DNA of 64,000 nt from Candidatus Omnitrophota bacterium (GTDB lineage: Bacteria > Omnitrophota > Gorgyraeia > Gygaellales > Profunditerraquicolaceae). Location of the stretch: positions 388,322 through 452,321 of the forward strand of contig JAQUQW010000001.1 in NCBI GenBank assembly GCA_028716245.1, written 5' to 3'. Shown here piece by piece: positions 47,299 through 56,690 of the stretch; positions within the stretch are counted from its first letter, which is position 1; every line of letters starts with the position of its first letter. The notes beneath the pieces are model-generated. The model saw nothing but the letters and a program-made list of their open reading frames with translations, did no database searches and was not told the origin of the DNA. The translations under genes and the position numbers were made by a program.

Positions 47299-48366
47299 CT
47301 ACAATTCGATTAACTCATAATCAAGGCTGCCCAGCCCTATTTCCTGGGCGTATTTAAGCTGCTTCATCCCGTCTTGCTCAGGATGCGTTGCTTTAAAGAT
47401 ATCCGTGCCGCTTGCTTTATTCACCAAATCAAAACTTGCTTTGTCGATACTTACCGGGTCAAGCGATGCCAATATCCCGACATCAGGGGCAATCCGCGGA
47501 TTTTCCATTCCCCAGTAATCACATTCCTTATTAATTTTTACGGCAAAATTTATGAAACCGGATTTATTTTCTTTTCCTTTGAGCACTGCCAGGATATATT
47601 CTGCCATCTTCTCCTGCACCTTATCCCCCGCCTTAAAATCGATGAACATCGCCATAGTCGGACATACCGCCAGGCAGCTGGCGCAGCCAATGCACTTTGA
47701 ACTATCTACCACGGATTTTTTATTCTCAAGGTGAATCGCCTTTACCGGACAAACTATTTGGCACTCACCGCAGCCGATACATCTTTCTGTATGGACAACC
47801 GGCGCCACATCGCAATGCTGGGCAAGTTTCCCCTGCCTGGAAGCGCACCCCATACCGATATTTTTTAGCGCTCCGCCAAAACCGGTTAGAATATGCCCCT
47901 TGAAATGGCTGACCGCGACAATTGCCTCCGCATCGATAAAAATGCGCATTAGGCTGGCGCTTTTGATAAATTTTTGATTAATCGGTATGGCAACCACATT
48001 TTCTTTTTTTGTATCATCCGGTATGATCACATCCGCGCCGGTGACCACCTTGGTAAATCCGTGCTCATAAGCTAACTTCAGATGATCGCTGGAATTCAGG
48101 CGTTTTCCCCGATACAGAGTGTTGGCATCCGCTAAGAAAGTGTTTGCCCCGCATCTTATAATTGCATCGCAGACCGGACGTAAATGCTCTGGCCTCACAA
48201 AACCCGTATTTCCTTCTTCCCCGAAATGAAGCTTGACTGCAACTTGATCATTTTTATGGATAAAATCTAAAACCTTGCTCTCTTCAATCAATCTTTTGAG
48301 CTTTTGGTTAACCGACTGAAGATCATTAGAGTCATTTACCGGGATAAAATATACCTTGCTTTTCAT
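47299..48366 (-). CDS. DUF362-domain protein with two 4Fe-4S ferredoxin clusters
   Basis: CIGCGECQIVCP and CIGCASCLAVCP motifs inside a DUF362-like body; 355 aa. Confidence 0.65.
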   Translation of the reverse strand: MKSKVYFIPVNDSNDLQSVNQKLKRLIEESKVLDFIHKNDQVAVKLHFGEEGNTGFVRPEHLRPVCDAIIRCGANTFLADANTLYRGKRLNSSDHLKLAYEHGFTKVVTGADVIIPDDTKKENVVAIPINQKFIKSASLMRIFIDAEAIVAVSHFKGHILTGFGGALKNIGMGCASRQGKLAQHCDVAPVVHTERCIGCGECQIVCPVKAIHLENKKSVVDSSKCIGCASCLAVCPTMAMFIDFKAGDKVQEKMAEYILAVLKGKENKSGFINFAVKINKECDYWGMENPRIAPDVGILASLDPVSIDKASFDLVNKASGTDIFKATHPEQDGMKQLKYAQEIGLGSLDYELIEL

Positions 48367-48367
48367 T

Positions 48368-48943
48368 TTATGCGCAAACCTTCTGCATAAGCCAAGCCAT
48401 GTTCTTGCCCAATATGCTCATCGTATTCAAACCTTCTTCGTCTTTTTCTACTTCTCCGATTTGGCGGCCAATCCCGATATTCCAATATAATGAACCCACA
48501 ATGATCATCTCCCCTATTGTAAAAAAATGATTGATCGTATCAAAAACATGGATTGCCCCGCCGCGCCTTACCGCAACAACTGCGGCGCCGATCTTACGCA
48601 TGAACATATTATCATTGGCTCTGGCTACCATACCCGCGCGTTCAATTAAGGCTTTGGCATTGGCCGTGCAATCGGCAAAATAAGTCGGTGAGCCAATAAT
48701 GATCCCGTCTGCCGCAATCATCTTGGCGATATACGCATTAACCGGATCATTATTCACGGCGCACTTTTTATTTTTTTTCGTAAAACACACCCCGCAACCG
48801 GCGCACCCCTGAATTTTCTCACCGGCCAACTGGATGAGCTCAGTTTCAATTCCTTTATTTTCCAATTCCTTAAAAACTTTCTTGATAAGAATCGCAGTAT
48901 TGCCGTCTTTGCGGGCGCTGGTGTTAAAAGCAACCACTTTCAT
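48368..48943 (-). CDS. iron-sulfur flavoprotein / NADPH-dependent FMN reductase family
   Basis: Flavodoxin-like fold (MKVVAFNTSARKDGNT), compact Cys cluster CAGCGVC...C, GSPTYF motif. Confidence 0.65.
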   Translation of the reverse strand: MKVVAFNTSARKDGNTAILIKKVFKELENKGIETELIQLAGEKIQGCAGCGVCFTKKNKKCAVNNDPVNAYIAKMIAADGIIIGSPTYFADCTANAKALIERAGMVARANDNMFMRKIGAAVVAVRRGGAIHVFDTINHFFTIGEMIIVGSLYWNIGIGRQIGEVEKDEEGLNTMSILGKNMAWLMQKVCA

Positions 48944-50568
48944 AGATTTACCCCCTTATATAACTGGTGGCGCTGCTCTTTAATTTGCTCATTGGCCAGA
49001 TATTCATCAAAGGTGGTGCTGATGCGATCAATGTATCCTCTGGGAGTGATCTCAATAATACGGTTGGCTACAGTCTGGATTAATTCGTGGTCATGCGAAG
49101 AAAATAAAATTGTCCCGGGAAATTTGTTCAGGCCCCGGTTTAAAGAAGTGATTGATTCTAAGTCCAGGTGGTTAGTCGGCTCATCTAAAATAAGGACGTT
49201 TGGCTGGATAACCATCATCCGCGTAAACATACAGCGGGCCTTTTCCCCTCCGGATAAAACATTCACCGGCTTAAGCGCTTCTTCCCCTGAAAAAAGCATA
49301 CGGCCTAAAAAAGATCGGATATACTCCTCTTCGGTATTGAGTGAATATGTTTTAAGCCAATCAGGAATATTTAATGGTGAATTAAAAAATTTAGAATTGT
49401 CCTTTGGAAAATAAGCCCGGCGGGTGGAAACCCCCCATTTAAAAGTTCCGCCATCAGCCGGAGTTTCATTCATCAGGATTTCAAAAAGCATGGTCTTAGC
49501 AAGGTCATCGGGCCCGACAAAAGCGACTTTATCCCCCTTGTGGATAGTAATATTAAGCCGCTCAAACATAGTCTCCCCGTCTGAGCGCTTAAACAGGTTA
49601 TTTATACTTAAAAGGTCATTACCGGCTTCCCGCTCCGGCTCAAAATTAATATACGGGTATTTACGCGAGGAAGGCTGGATATCTTCAACGGTAAGTTTTT
49701 CCAGGATCTTTTTACGGCTGGTTGCCTGGCGCGATTTAGCGGCGTTATTGGCAAAACGCATGATAAAATTCTTTAAGTCTTTGCGTTTTTCTTCTATTTT
49801 TTTATTGGTTTCGCTGCGCTGGCGGGCGGCAAGCTGGCTGGCTTCTGACCAAAAAGAATAATTACCGGCGTAAAGATGGATTTTAGAAAAATCAATATCG
49901 GCAATATGCGTACAGACTTTATCCAAAAAATGCCGGTCGTGCGAAACAACGATAGCGATATTTTGGAAATCACAAAGGAATTCCTCAAGCCACATACTCG
50001 ATTCCACATCTAAATGGTTAGTCGGTTCATCCAGAAGCAGGATATCCGGGGTGCCGAATAATGCCTGCGCTAATAAAACGCGAAATTTCAGCCCGGCTTC
50101 CAACTGGCTCATCTGCGCCGCGTGCAAAGATTCTTCGATACCCAAATCACTTAAAAGCTTGGCCGCGTCAGACTCGGCATTCCAGCCTCCCAATTCGTTA
50201 AACTCTTCCTCCAGCTTCGAAGCATGCATGCCATCTTCATCGGTAAACGGGGCCTTGGAATAAATAGCCTCCTTCTCAGCCATAATTTCATAGAGCCTTT
50301 TATGGCCCATAATAACCGTAGTCAAAACTGTATATTGGTCAAAAGCAAACTGGTCCTGCTTTAAGACTGAAATCCGCTTTCCCGGAGATACGTTAACTTC
50401 CCCGCTGGTCGAATCAATCTCGCCTGAGAGAATTTTTAAAAAAGTGGATTTACCCGAACCATTGGCGCCGATTAAACCATAGCAATTACCGGGGGAGAAA
50501 ACGATATTTACGTTTGAGAAGAGTTTGCGCTGGCCAAATTGCAGTGATACGTTATTTACGGAAATCAT
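48940..50568 (-). CDS. ABC-F family ATPase (tandem ABC domains, no TMD)
   Basis: Two Walker A (GANGSGKST, GPDDLAKTML-like), two ABC signatures (LSGG) and an inter-domain linker; 542 aa. Confidence 0.85.
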   Translation of the reverse strand: MISVNNVSLQFGQRKLFSNVNIVFSPGNCYGLIGANGSGKSTFLKILSGEIDSTSGEVNVSPGKRISVLKQDQFAFDQYTVLTTVIMGHKRLYEIMAEKEAIYSKAPFTDEDGMHASKLEEEFNELGGWNAESDAAKLLSDLGIEESLHAAQMSQLEAGLKFRVLLAQALFGTPDILLLDEPTNHLDVESSMWLEEFLCDFQNIAIVVSHDRHFLDKVCTHIADIDFSKIHLYAGNYSFWSEASQLAARQRSETNKKIEEKRKDLKNFIMRFANNAAKSRQATSRKKILEKLTVEDIQPSSRKYPYINFEPEREAGNDLLSINNLFKRSDGETMFERLNITIHKGDKVAFVGPDDLAKTMLFEILMNETPADGGTFKWGVSTRRAYFPKDNSKFFNSPLNIPDWLKTYSLNTEEEYIRSFLGRMLFSGEEALKPVNVLSGGEKARCMFTRMMVIQPNVLILDEPTNHLDLESITSLNRGLNKFPGTILFSSHDHELIQTVANRIIEITPRGYIDRISTTFDEYLANEQIKEQRHQLYKGVNL

Positions 50569-50571
50569 GGG

Positions 50572-51240
50572 TTAAAAATAATATATGCCTTTCCAATAAT
50601 CCATATATTCGGCTTCGGATATTTTGCCATCCTTATTCTTGTCCATTTGCTTAAAGTATTCGCTAAATTGCAAACTGGATTCATCCTTGGTAATTTTACC
50701 GTCTTTATCTTTATCGGCATTTTTAAGCATTTTTGTATTATCAACTGCCAGTTCTTTTGAGTCAATAACCCCATTTTTATCTTTGTCTAATTTCTCAAAT
50801 TTTCCGGCTTGATACGCCTGCATTTCTTTTGAGCTAATGAACCCGTCTTTATTCGTATCCATTTTCTGAAACTCCGGCTTAATTACCGCAAGCATATCCG
50901 CCTGTCCGGCAAAAGCATTAACGCCGCTGAATAAAATTATACAGAAAAATAAAGTAACGGCCCTGGATGAATTCAGCATCATTTTCTCCTTTCGTTTTTT
51001 CGATCTAGACAATTCTACTTTTTTCTTTGGCGGCAGGCGCTTGATCGCAGCTTCCCGTTTTAAAGCAGCAGACCTGCTTGCGGCTTTTTCAGCGTGCACC
51101 AATTTTACCGGAGCTCTGCCCCTGGTAAACCTGCAGCCGCATCCAGCATTATGCTCTTTTATCCTGCGGGCTAAATCTGTGGTGATGCCGGTATATAACA
51201 AAGCGCCCTTACACTTGATGATATAAATATACCAGGGCAT
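50572..51240 (-). CDS. in-frame fusion: GIY-YIG (YhbQ/UPF0213-like) nuclease domain, then signal peptide and four EF-hand calcium-binding motifs
   Basis: N-terminal YIYIIKCKGALLYTGITTDLARRIKEHN (GIY-YIG); after about 95 aa an internal MMLNSS..signal peptide, then DTNKDG, DKDKNG, DKDKDG, DKNKDG loops. Confidence 0.5.
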   Translation of the reverse strand: MPWYIYIIKCKGALLYTGITTDLARRIKEHNAGCGCRFTRGRAPVKLVHAEKAASRSAALKREAAIKRLPPKKKVELSRSKKRKEKMMLNSSRAVTLFFCIILFSGVNAFAGQADMLAVIKPEFQKMDTNKDGFISSKEMQAYQAGKFEKLDKDKNGVIDSKELAVDNTKMLKNADKDKDGKITKDESSLQFSEYFKQMDKNKDGKISEAEYMDYWKGIYYF

Positions 51241-51248
51241 AAATTAAG

Positions 51249-51782
51249 CTACTTCTTTTGATATAAGCCGACTAACTGGGCCTGATCCAAAATATGGCCG
51301 GTCATAGCAAACTCTAAATTCGTTTTACTTATTCCGGCCTTTAAATTCAACAGTGTATCTAAGGCGTATATTTTAAAAAAATAACGGTGGACTCCGGCGG
51401 GCGGACAGGGGCTGACATAACCTGACTTACCCAAAGAATTAACACCCTGTTTTCCAAAAACACTGTTTTCTTCTACGCGGCTAGTAACCGGTGCGTCATA
51501 GACCACCCAGTGCACAAAATCACCGCCCGGAGCATCGGGGTCATCGACAATTAAGGCCAGGCTCTTGGTTTCTTTGGGCAACCCTTCAATAGATAGGGGC
51601 GGATTTACACCCTTACCTTGACAAGTGAATTTTACAGGAATAAAGGCATTATGTTCAAATGCCGGACTGGATATGCGCATATTAGCACCCTCCTCTGCCT
51701 TAGATTCGATATTTAAGGCTAATGATATTAATCCTAACAACAATATAATAAATGGTATTTTGATTCTCAAATTATGCACCAT
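51249..51782 (-). CDS. YbhB/YbcL (PEBP/Raf-kinase-inhibitor-like) family protein, secreted
   Basis: Signal peptide; PEBP motifs DPDAP...HWVV and GY.GP.PP.G.HRYFF. Confidence 0.7.
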   Translation of the reverse strand: MVHNLRIKIPFIILLLGLISLALNIESKAEEGANMRISSPAFEHNAFIPVKFTCQGKGVNPPLSIEGLPKETKSLALIVDDPDAPGGDFVHWVVYDAPVTSRVEENSVFGKQGVNSLGKSGYVSPCPPAGVHRYFFKIYALDTLLNLKAGISKTNLEFAMTGHILDQAQLVGLYQKK

Positions 51783-51795
51783 CTTATGGATTAAA

Positions 51796-51975
51796 TTAAT
51801 AAAGAGTCAACTCTCTAATCTTCTTTTCAATCAGTACTTTATGCTTCTCTTCTTCGGTTAGTAAAAACGAGAGCAGTTCTTTTAAGCCGGGATGGTCCAC
51901 CAACATCTTTTGGTAGGTTTCAATCGAGTTGTTTTCTCTGGATAACGCAATTTTAAGCGCTTCAAGATCGATCAT
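51796..51975 (-). CDS. 59-aa hypothetical protein (sub-threshold ORF)
   Basis: Hand-translated MIDLEALKIALSRENNSIETYQKMLVDHPGLKELLSFLLTEEEKHKVLIEKKIRELTLY; strong SD AAAGGAGGGC; packed between gpmA and the PEBP gene. Confidence 0.45.
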   Translation of the reverse strand: MIDLEALKIALSRENNSIETYQKMLVDHPGLKELLSFLLTEEEKHKVLIEKKIRELTLY

Positions 51976-52011
51976 TTAGCCCTCCTTTAAGCGTTAAGAG
52001 ATTTTAACCCT

Positions 52012-52779
52012 CTATTTTGCCTTACCCTGATTCGCTACTGCCTCCATAGCTTTCTTTACTTCTTCTGGATCACCTAAATAATAACTTTTGATCGGCTTTA
52101 GATTATCATTCAACTCATAGACCAAAGGCAAACCGGTGGGAATATTTAAATTTACAATTTTTTCATCAGAGATATGATCAAGGTATTTCACTAAAGCCCG
52201 CAGTGAATTTCCGTGCGCGGCAATGATCACCCGCTTTCCGGCTTTTACGCTGGGGGCGATTGTTTTATACCAATACGGCAGGAACCTGGCAACGGTGTCC
52301 TTTAAACATTCGGTAAGCGGCAGCTCTTTAGGCTTAAGTTCTTTATAACGCCGGTCGTTACCCGGATAACGCGGGTCATTTTTTTCTAATGCCATCGGAG
52401 GGACATCATAGCTTCTTCTCCAAATCAAAACCTGCTCTTCTCCATATTTTGCGGCAGTTTCTGATTTATTCAAACCCTGCAGCGCCCCGTAATGCCTTTC
52501 ATTGAGCCGCCAGGAATTATATACCGGTATCCACATTAAATCCATTTCATCAAGAGTTATCCAAAGCGTGCGGATTGCCCTCTTTAATACCGAAGTATAA
52601 GCTACATCAAACACAAAACCCTCTTTTTTAAGCACCTCTCCGGCCTTCCCGGCTTCCTGCAATCCTTTTTCCGATAAATCAACATCAGTCCAGCCGGTAA
52701 AACGGTTCTCTTTATTCCAGGCGCTTTCACCGTGCCTGAGTAAAACTATTTTTTTCATCAAGCCCCCCCTCTTAATCAT
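52012..52779 (-). CDS. gpmA: 2,3-bisphosphoglycerate-dependent phosphoglycerate mutase
   Basis: LLRHGES.WN catalytic His motif and AHGNSLRAL second His motif; 255 aa. Confidence 0.9.
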   Translation of the reverse strand: MIKRGGLMKKIVLLRHGESAWNKENRFTGWTDVDLSEKGLQEAGKAGEVLKKEGFVFDVAYTSVLKRAIRTLWITLDEMDLMWIPVYNSWRLNERHYGALQGLNKSETAAKYGEEQVLIWRRSYDVPPMALEKNDPRYPGNDRRYKELKPKELPLTECLKDTVARFLPYWYKTIAPSVKAGKRVIIAAHGNSLRALVKYLDHISDEKIVNLNIPTGLPLVYELNDNLKPIKSYYLGDPEEVKKAMEAVANQGKAK

Positions 52780-52884
52780 TAATTTAGGATATTATTTTAA
52801 CTCTTAAAAAGCTTTTTAGCAAGTGCAAATAAATCTTGTATTATCGAATAATTTTGCTAAAATACAAATTGAAAGGAGGTTTCT

Positions 52885-53199
52885 ATGAAAAAAATAAGTT
52901 TTATTGTTTTAGTATTGTTTCTGGCGGTAATGCTTAACGGTTGCGCCACACCATATCCTATGGGGGCATTCTACACCGAAATTAAAGCTCCTGTAGCTGC
53001 CGGTGACGGAACAATGTCTTACAGCAAAGTCGGAACATCTAAAGCTACCTCTATATTAGGATTAGTTGCTACAGGCGACTGCAGTATTAAAACCGCTGCG
53101 GCAAACGGCGGGATCAAAAATATTAAATATGTTGACTATGACGCCAGGAATATCTTGGGCATCTACGGCGAATACACCACTACTGTTTACGGAGATTAA
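52885..53199 (+). CDS. TRL-like family lipoprotein
   Basis: Lipobox MLNGCA; short Gly/Thr-rich beta protein ending TTTVYGD. Confidence 0.5.
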   Translation: MKKISFIVLVLFLAVMLNGCATPYPMGAFYTEIKAPVAAGDGTMSYSKVGTSKATSILGLVATGDCSIKTAAANGGIKNIKYVDYDARNILGIYGEYTTTVYGD

Positions 53200-53221
53200 T
53201 AGCCGTCAGGGTAGCTGATAA

Positions 53222-53263
53222 AATAATAATGCCGGTATCTAAAAAAGATGCCGGCATTATTAT
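53222..53263. terminator. bidirectional terminator (18-bp stem AATAATAATGCCGGTATC / GATGCCGGCATTATTATT)
   Basis: Between convergent genes ending at 53199 and 53273; A/T tracts on both sides. Confidence 0.7.
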
Positions 53264-53272
53264 TTTAATAAA

Positions 53273-53821
53273 TTACGCGGATTTTTCTAAGTCAATCGTG
53301 CGGGTATCGCCGTGGATTGCCATTGATTCAACCTTGCTTAGCTTCGACATCCTCTCCATAACGTCGCGGATTTTTTGAAAATTATTATGCATAGTCTCAA
53401 TCCTATTGCGGGTCTTTTCGTTTAGTTCAATATGTTTAAGTTCGAGTTCAAGCAACTCAAGGTTTCCGCTAATAGCCAAAAGCGGATTATTCACCTGGTC
53501 CCCTAAAGCAAGCGCGGTTTCGGTAATTGCCGCCAGGCGGCTCTTTTCAATCAATTCCTGCTGCATAAGCAGGATCTTACGGTTATCGTCGATTAATTTA
53601 AAAATTACCGACATCAGCATCCTTCTGCCGACGACAATCCCCATAATAAAAACGCCGATGGTCGCCAACACAATATAGCCGGCCTCTGCGGCTAAAAGAT
53701 TAAAATTAGCAAACTTATCCACGATCAAATAGATAAATACCAAGAGAGGAATAATACCGACAAGGCTTAATGCGCGGTTAAAATCTTTTTTGATATTATA
53801 GGTGAATTGTCTTACTTCCAT
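53273..53821 (-). CDS. 2-TM protein with a degenerate HisKA-like dimerisation domain (no phosphoacceptor His, no ATPase domain)
   Basis: Two N-terminal TMs, then a coiled coil and H-box-like LALGDQVNNPLLAISGNLELLE with D/Q where His is expected. Confidence 0.4.
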   Translation of the reverse strand: MEVRQFTYNIKKDFNRALSLVGIIPLLVFIYLIVDKFANFNLLAAEAGYIVLATIGVFIMGIVVGRRMLMSVIFKLIDDNRKILLMQQELIEKSRLAAITETALALGDQVNNPLLAISGNLELLELELKHIELNEKTRNRIETMHNNFQKIRDVMERMSKLSKVESMAIHGDTRTIDLEKSA

Positions 53822-54278
53822 ATAAATTCCTCCTGATTATTAAGAGGGTTATTAGGTAACAAAGCGCCCCTAAAACTAAACCGATAACCAGATAGCCGGT
53901 GATAACCGGCAGAAGCACCTCAAAAAATGAAAGTTTAAAAAATTTAAACCAGGTAAAATCCTGCACCAGGCCTTGCGCTTTCTGCTGCACCTGCCGCCAA
54001 TCCATTTTAAGTATAACAGAACCGGCTTTTATTGCCAAGATAAAAGTTACCAGGCTTAACCAGGTATTGGTAAGTAAACTGCCGAATAATGCCGCGGCGC
54101 GGTTGGCCCGAAAAATAAAAGCCAAAAATACCGCGGCAACCGGACCGGTTCCGGGCATCAGGCCGCTAAATACGCCAAGGCCGGCGCCCAAAGCAATTTT
54201 TTGCGCGGAATCATTGATCTTAAAAAGCCTGGAAAAAATAAAATTGATGATTTTCTTAAATCCGGATTCTTCGGCCAT
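53796..54278 (-). CDS. small polytopic membrane protein, hypothetical
   Basis: 160 aa with 4 predicted TM helices. Confidence 0.4.
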   Translation of the reverse strand: MAEESGFKKIINFIFSRLFKINDSAQKIALGAGLGVFSGLMPGTGPVAAVFLAFIFRANRAAALFGSLLTNTWLSLVTFILAIKAGSVILKMDWRQVQQKAQGLVQDFTWFKFFKLSFFEVLLPVITGYLVIGLVLGALCYLITLLIIRRNLYGSKTIHL

Positions 54279-54280
54279 AT

Positions 54281-55240
54281 TTAAATAGGTTTAATATTTA
54301 CTCCGGCAAATCTCTCCTGGCCGTAGGACTCCTGGATCCAACCGTTAAGCAAATGGTATTTTTCCAATATCCGCCTGGCTTCTGCATACTCCCCAGCTTT
54401 GAGGCGACGATTGACTTTAGGATTGCCGGATGCTTTATGATAAGGCAAATACTGGCTCATTAAGCTTATATAAACGTTTTCGGATAATTCTTCGGCGATA
54501 AATTCCATTACCTTCTCGGTTGCGCAAATCCGGTTGGGCAATACCAAGTGCCGGATAATTAAGCCCTTCCTGATTAGTCCGTCTTCGCTAAACCCAGCCG
54601 GCTCCACCTGCCTGTACATTTCCTTAAGCGCTGCCTGATTAAATTCCACGTAATCGTCAGCTTGTGATAATTCCTTGGCAATCAGGTTATCCCCATAGCG
54701 GCTATCGGCAAGATAAATATCAACGATGCCCTCGAGTAATTTAATAATTTCGGCTAATTCATAACCACTGGTGTTGTAAACCAGCGGAATCTTTAATCCT
54801 TGGGGGATAGCTAATTCTAAACTTTTAAGTATCTGCGGTAAAACATGGGTTGGGGTAACCAGATTAATATTATGGCAGCCTAAACCCTGTAACTCCAGCA
54901 TAATTTGCGCCAATTGCTCAAAAGTATATTCTTTACCGGCCCCCAGCTGGCTAAACTCATAATTCTGACAATACAGGCAGGCCAGATTACAATGACTAAA
55001 AAATATCGTCCCGCTTCCTTTTGTGCCGGAAACCGGCGGCTCTTCGCCATAATGGGGCATAAAACTGTAAATCTTAGGAAGTTGAGCGGTTTTACAAAAA
55101 CCGATTTTATTCTCTAACCGGTTGACCTTACAACGGCGCGGGCAAATCTGGCAGGATTTAAGAGAAGTAAACAACTGTTGAGATATCTTCTTTAATCTGC
55201 CGCTTTTATAAGCGCTAAGATATGCTGGATACTCTGGCAA
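54281..55240 (-). CDS. radical SAM protein (PFL-activating-enzyme-like)
   Basis: CNLACLYCQN CxxxCxxC cluster motif; 319 aa. Confidence 0.75.
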   Translation of the reverse strand: MPEYPAYLSAYKSGRLKKISQQLFTSLKSCQICPRRCKVNRLENKIGFCKTAQLPKIYSFMPHYGEEPPVSGTKGSGTIFFSHCNLACLYCQNYEFSQLGAGKEYTFEQLAQIMLELQGLGCHNINLVTPTHVLPQILKSLELAIPQGLKIPLVYNTSGYELAEIIKLLEGIVDIYLADSRYGDNLIAKELSQADDYVEFNQAALKEMYRQVEPAGFSEDGLIRKGLIIRHLVLPNRICATEKVMEFIAEELSENVYISLMSQYLPYHKASGNPKVNRRLKAGEYAEARRILEKYHLLNGWIQESYGQERFAGVNIKPI

Positions 55241-55246
55241 TTTATT

Positions 55247-55759
55247 TTACGGTGTATAGAGTTTCCTGATCTGGTTGAAAATATCGATATACTCTTTACT
55301 GCGGTAATCCGGATAAGTCCAGTCATTGCCGGAAAATGAATTGTCCCTGAAAGAAAGGGTCACCTCGGCAAAAATACCTTTACGTAAGAATATCCTGTGG
55401 GCGTAATCCTTGGTGGAAGCAAGTACCAGCTTAGCCGAATCTAGATATCCCGGATCAAGATTTAGCTGCCGCGATTTGGAAATGGATAATTTTCCCTCAA
55501 GCCTGTTGGTATAAAGTTTGATGCGGTATAAATCCTGCATCGGGATCAGCTTATGAAAGCTGATGAACCTCCTTTTTAACCCTGCGCCCATCTCTGCTTC
55601 ATAATAATCGGTGTAGTTAAAATCAATCTGTCCTGATTCAAAATCGATTTTCCCGAATTTTCTTGCTAATTTATTCCTAGCTTTGATAAAAACAGCTTCA
55701 TCTTTGTAGATGAAGCCGATAATTAACTTAACCGGATTATATTTTCTGATTTTTCCCAA
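55247..55759 (-). CDS. DUF4416-like protein (tentative)
   Basis: 170 aa; N-terminal PVKLIIGFIY pattern recalled from DUF4416; family assignment not verifiable here. Confidence 0.4.
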   Translation of the reverse strand: MGKIRKYNPVKLIIGFIYKDEAVFIKARNKLARKFGKIDFESGQIDFNYTDYYEAEMGAGLKRRFISFHKLIPMQDLYRIKLYTNRLEGKLSISKSRQLNLDPGYLDSAKLVLASTKDYAHRIFLRKGIFAEVTLSFRDNSFSGNDWTYPDYRSKEYIDIFNQIRKLYTP

Positions 55760-55766
55760 TGATTTT

Positions 55767-56114
55767 TTAAGGCAAGAGCTTGCTTATATAGCGGGCGATC
55801 TTTTTACGCTGTTCATCGCGCATTTCGTTAAAAAATATGGCCAGGTTAAATCCGCCGTTGGCTTCATCCTCAGTCCTTACCACCACCCCCCGGCATTCAA
55901 CAATCGTGCCTTTACCGGGCTGGTCCTTATCAGGCAGGCTCAACTTTACGGAAATCTTGGTAAACGGCGGCATATATTTATCCAAGTGGCAATAAGCGCC
56001 CACGCAGCTGATATTACGCGTTGAGGTGGAAAAATGATAACCGTCTACCGCCAGATTAAGCGGTAACTTCTGGTCTAATCGCGGATGTAACCTGCGTTCC
56101 TTGATACTTTTCAT
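55767..56114 (-). CDS. PilZ-domain protein
   Basis: RRLHPR (RxxxR) and NISCVGA (DxSxxG-like) motifs. Confidence 0.6.
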   Translation of the reverse strand: MKSIKERRLHPRLDQKLPLNLAVDGYHFSTSTRNISCVGAYCHLDKYMPPFTKISVKLSLPDKDQPGKGTIVECRGVVVRTEDEANGGFNLAIFFNEMRDEQRKKIARYISKLLP

Positions 56115-56302
56115 TATTTTTTCTCTTCTGCCTTTGATTTTTTAATAAATTCCCGCCAGCATTTCTTGCTGCAGTAGTATTTACCGTTTCGGTAATACCT
56201 TTTCAGCTTCTTAACCACTTTATTACAAGCCAGGCAATTAACGCGTTTATCCGCCTTGGGCTTTGCTTCTGCTTCTTTTACTTTGGGTGCTTCCGGTGCC
56301 AT
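56114..56302 (-). CDS. small zinc-ribbon protein (CxxC...CxxC), lysine-rich
   Basis: 62 aa; NCLACNK ... YCSKKCW; overlaps the PilZ start by 1 nt. Confidence 0.5.
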   Translation of the reverse strand: MAPEAPKVKEAEAKPKADKRVNCLACNKVVKKLKRYYRNGKYYCSKKCWREFIKKSKAEEKK

Positions 56303-56324
56303 GACTTATCTTCCTTTCATTTAG

Positions 56325-56690
56325 TTAAATTTGCCCAAGTTGCATATTGATAAAATCTTTAAGGTATATTTGTTCGTGCAGATTAAACTCGACAAACTCT
56401 ATACCCATTTGATTGCGATTAGAATGCGACAGGGGCGTTGACCAGGCTATTTTACCAACAGGCCTGAGTACGCGGTTTAAAACATTAATTTCAAGCATTA
56501 CCGCGGTAGAAGTGGGAACAAACCTGTCGTTAGTAAACCTTAAACCGCCGCAGCTTATGTCATTAGTGAGAGCGCTATTAAAATCCGGCTTGCCTCTGAT
56601 CTGATACTGTATCTTTGAATGAAAATCTATCCGGGGAAAACAACGATTTTCTTTCTGTCTTGCCAAAAACACCATAAAAAAATATAACAC
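56325..56690 (-). CDS. PilZ-domain protein
   Basis: RCFPR and DISCGG motifs; the true start may be Met6 (56675), which coincides with the predicted TSS. Confidence 0.6.
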   Translation of the reverse strand: MLYFFMVFLARQKENRCFPRIDFHSKIQYQIRGKPDFNSALTNDISCGGLRFTNDRFVPTSTAVMLEINVLNRVLRPVGKIAWSTPLSHSNRNQMGIEFVEFNLHEQIYLKDFINMQLGQI

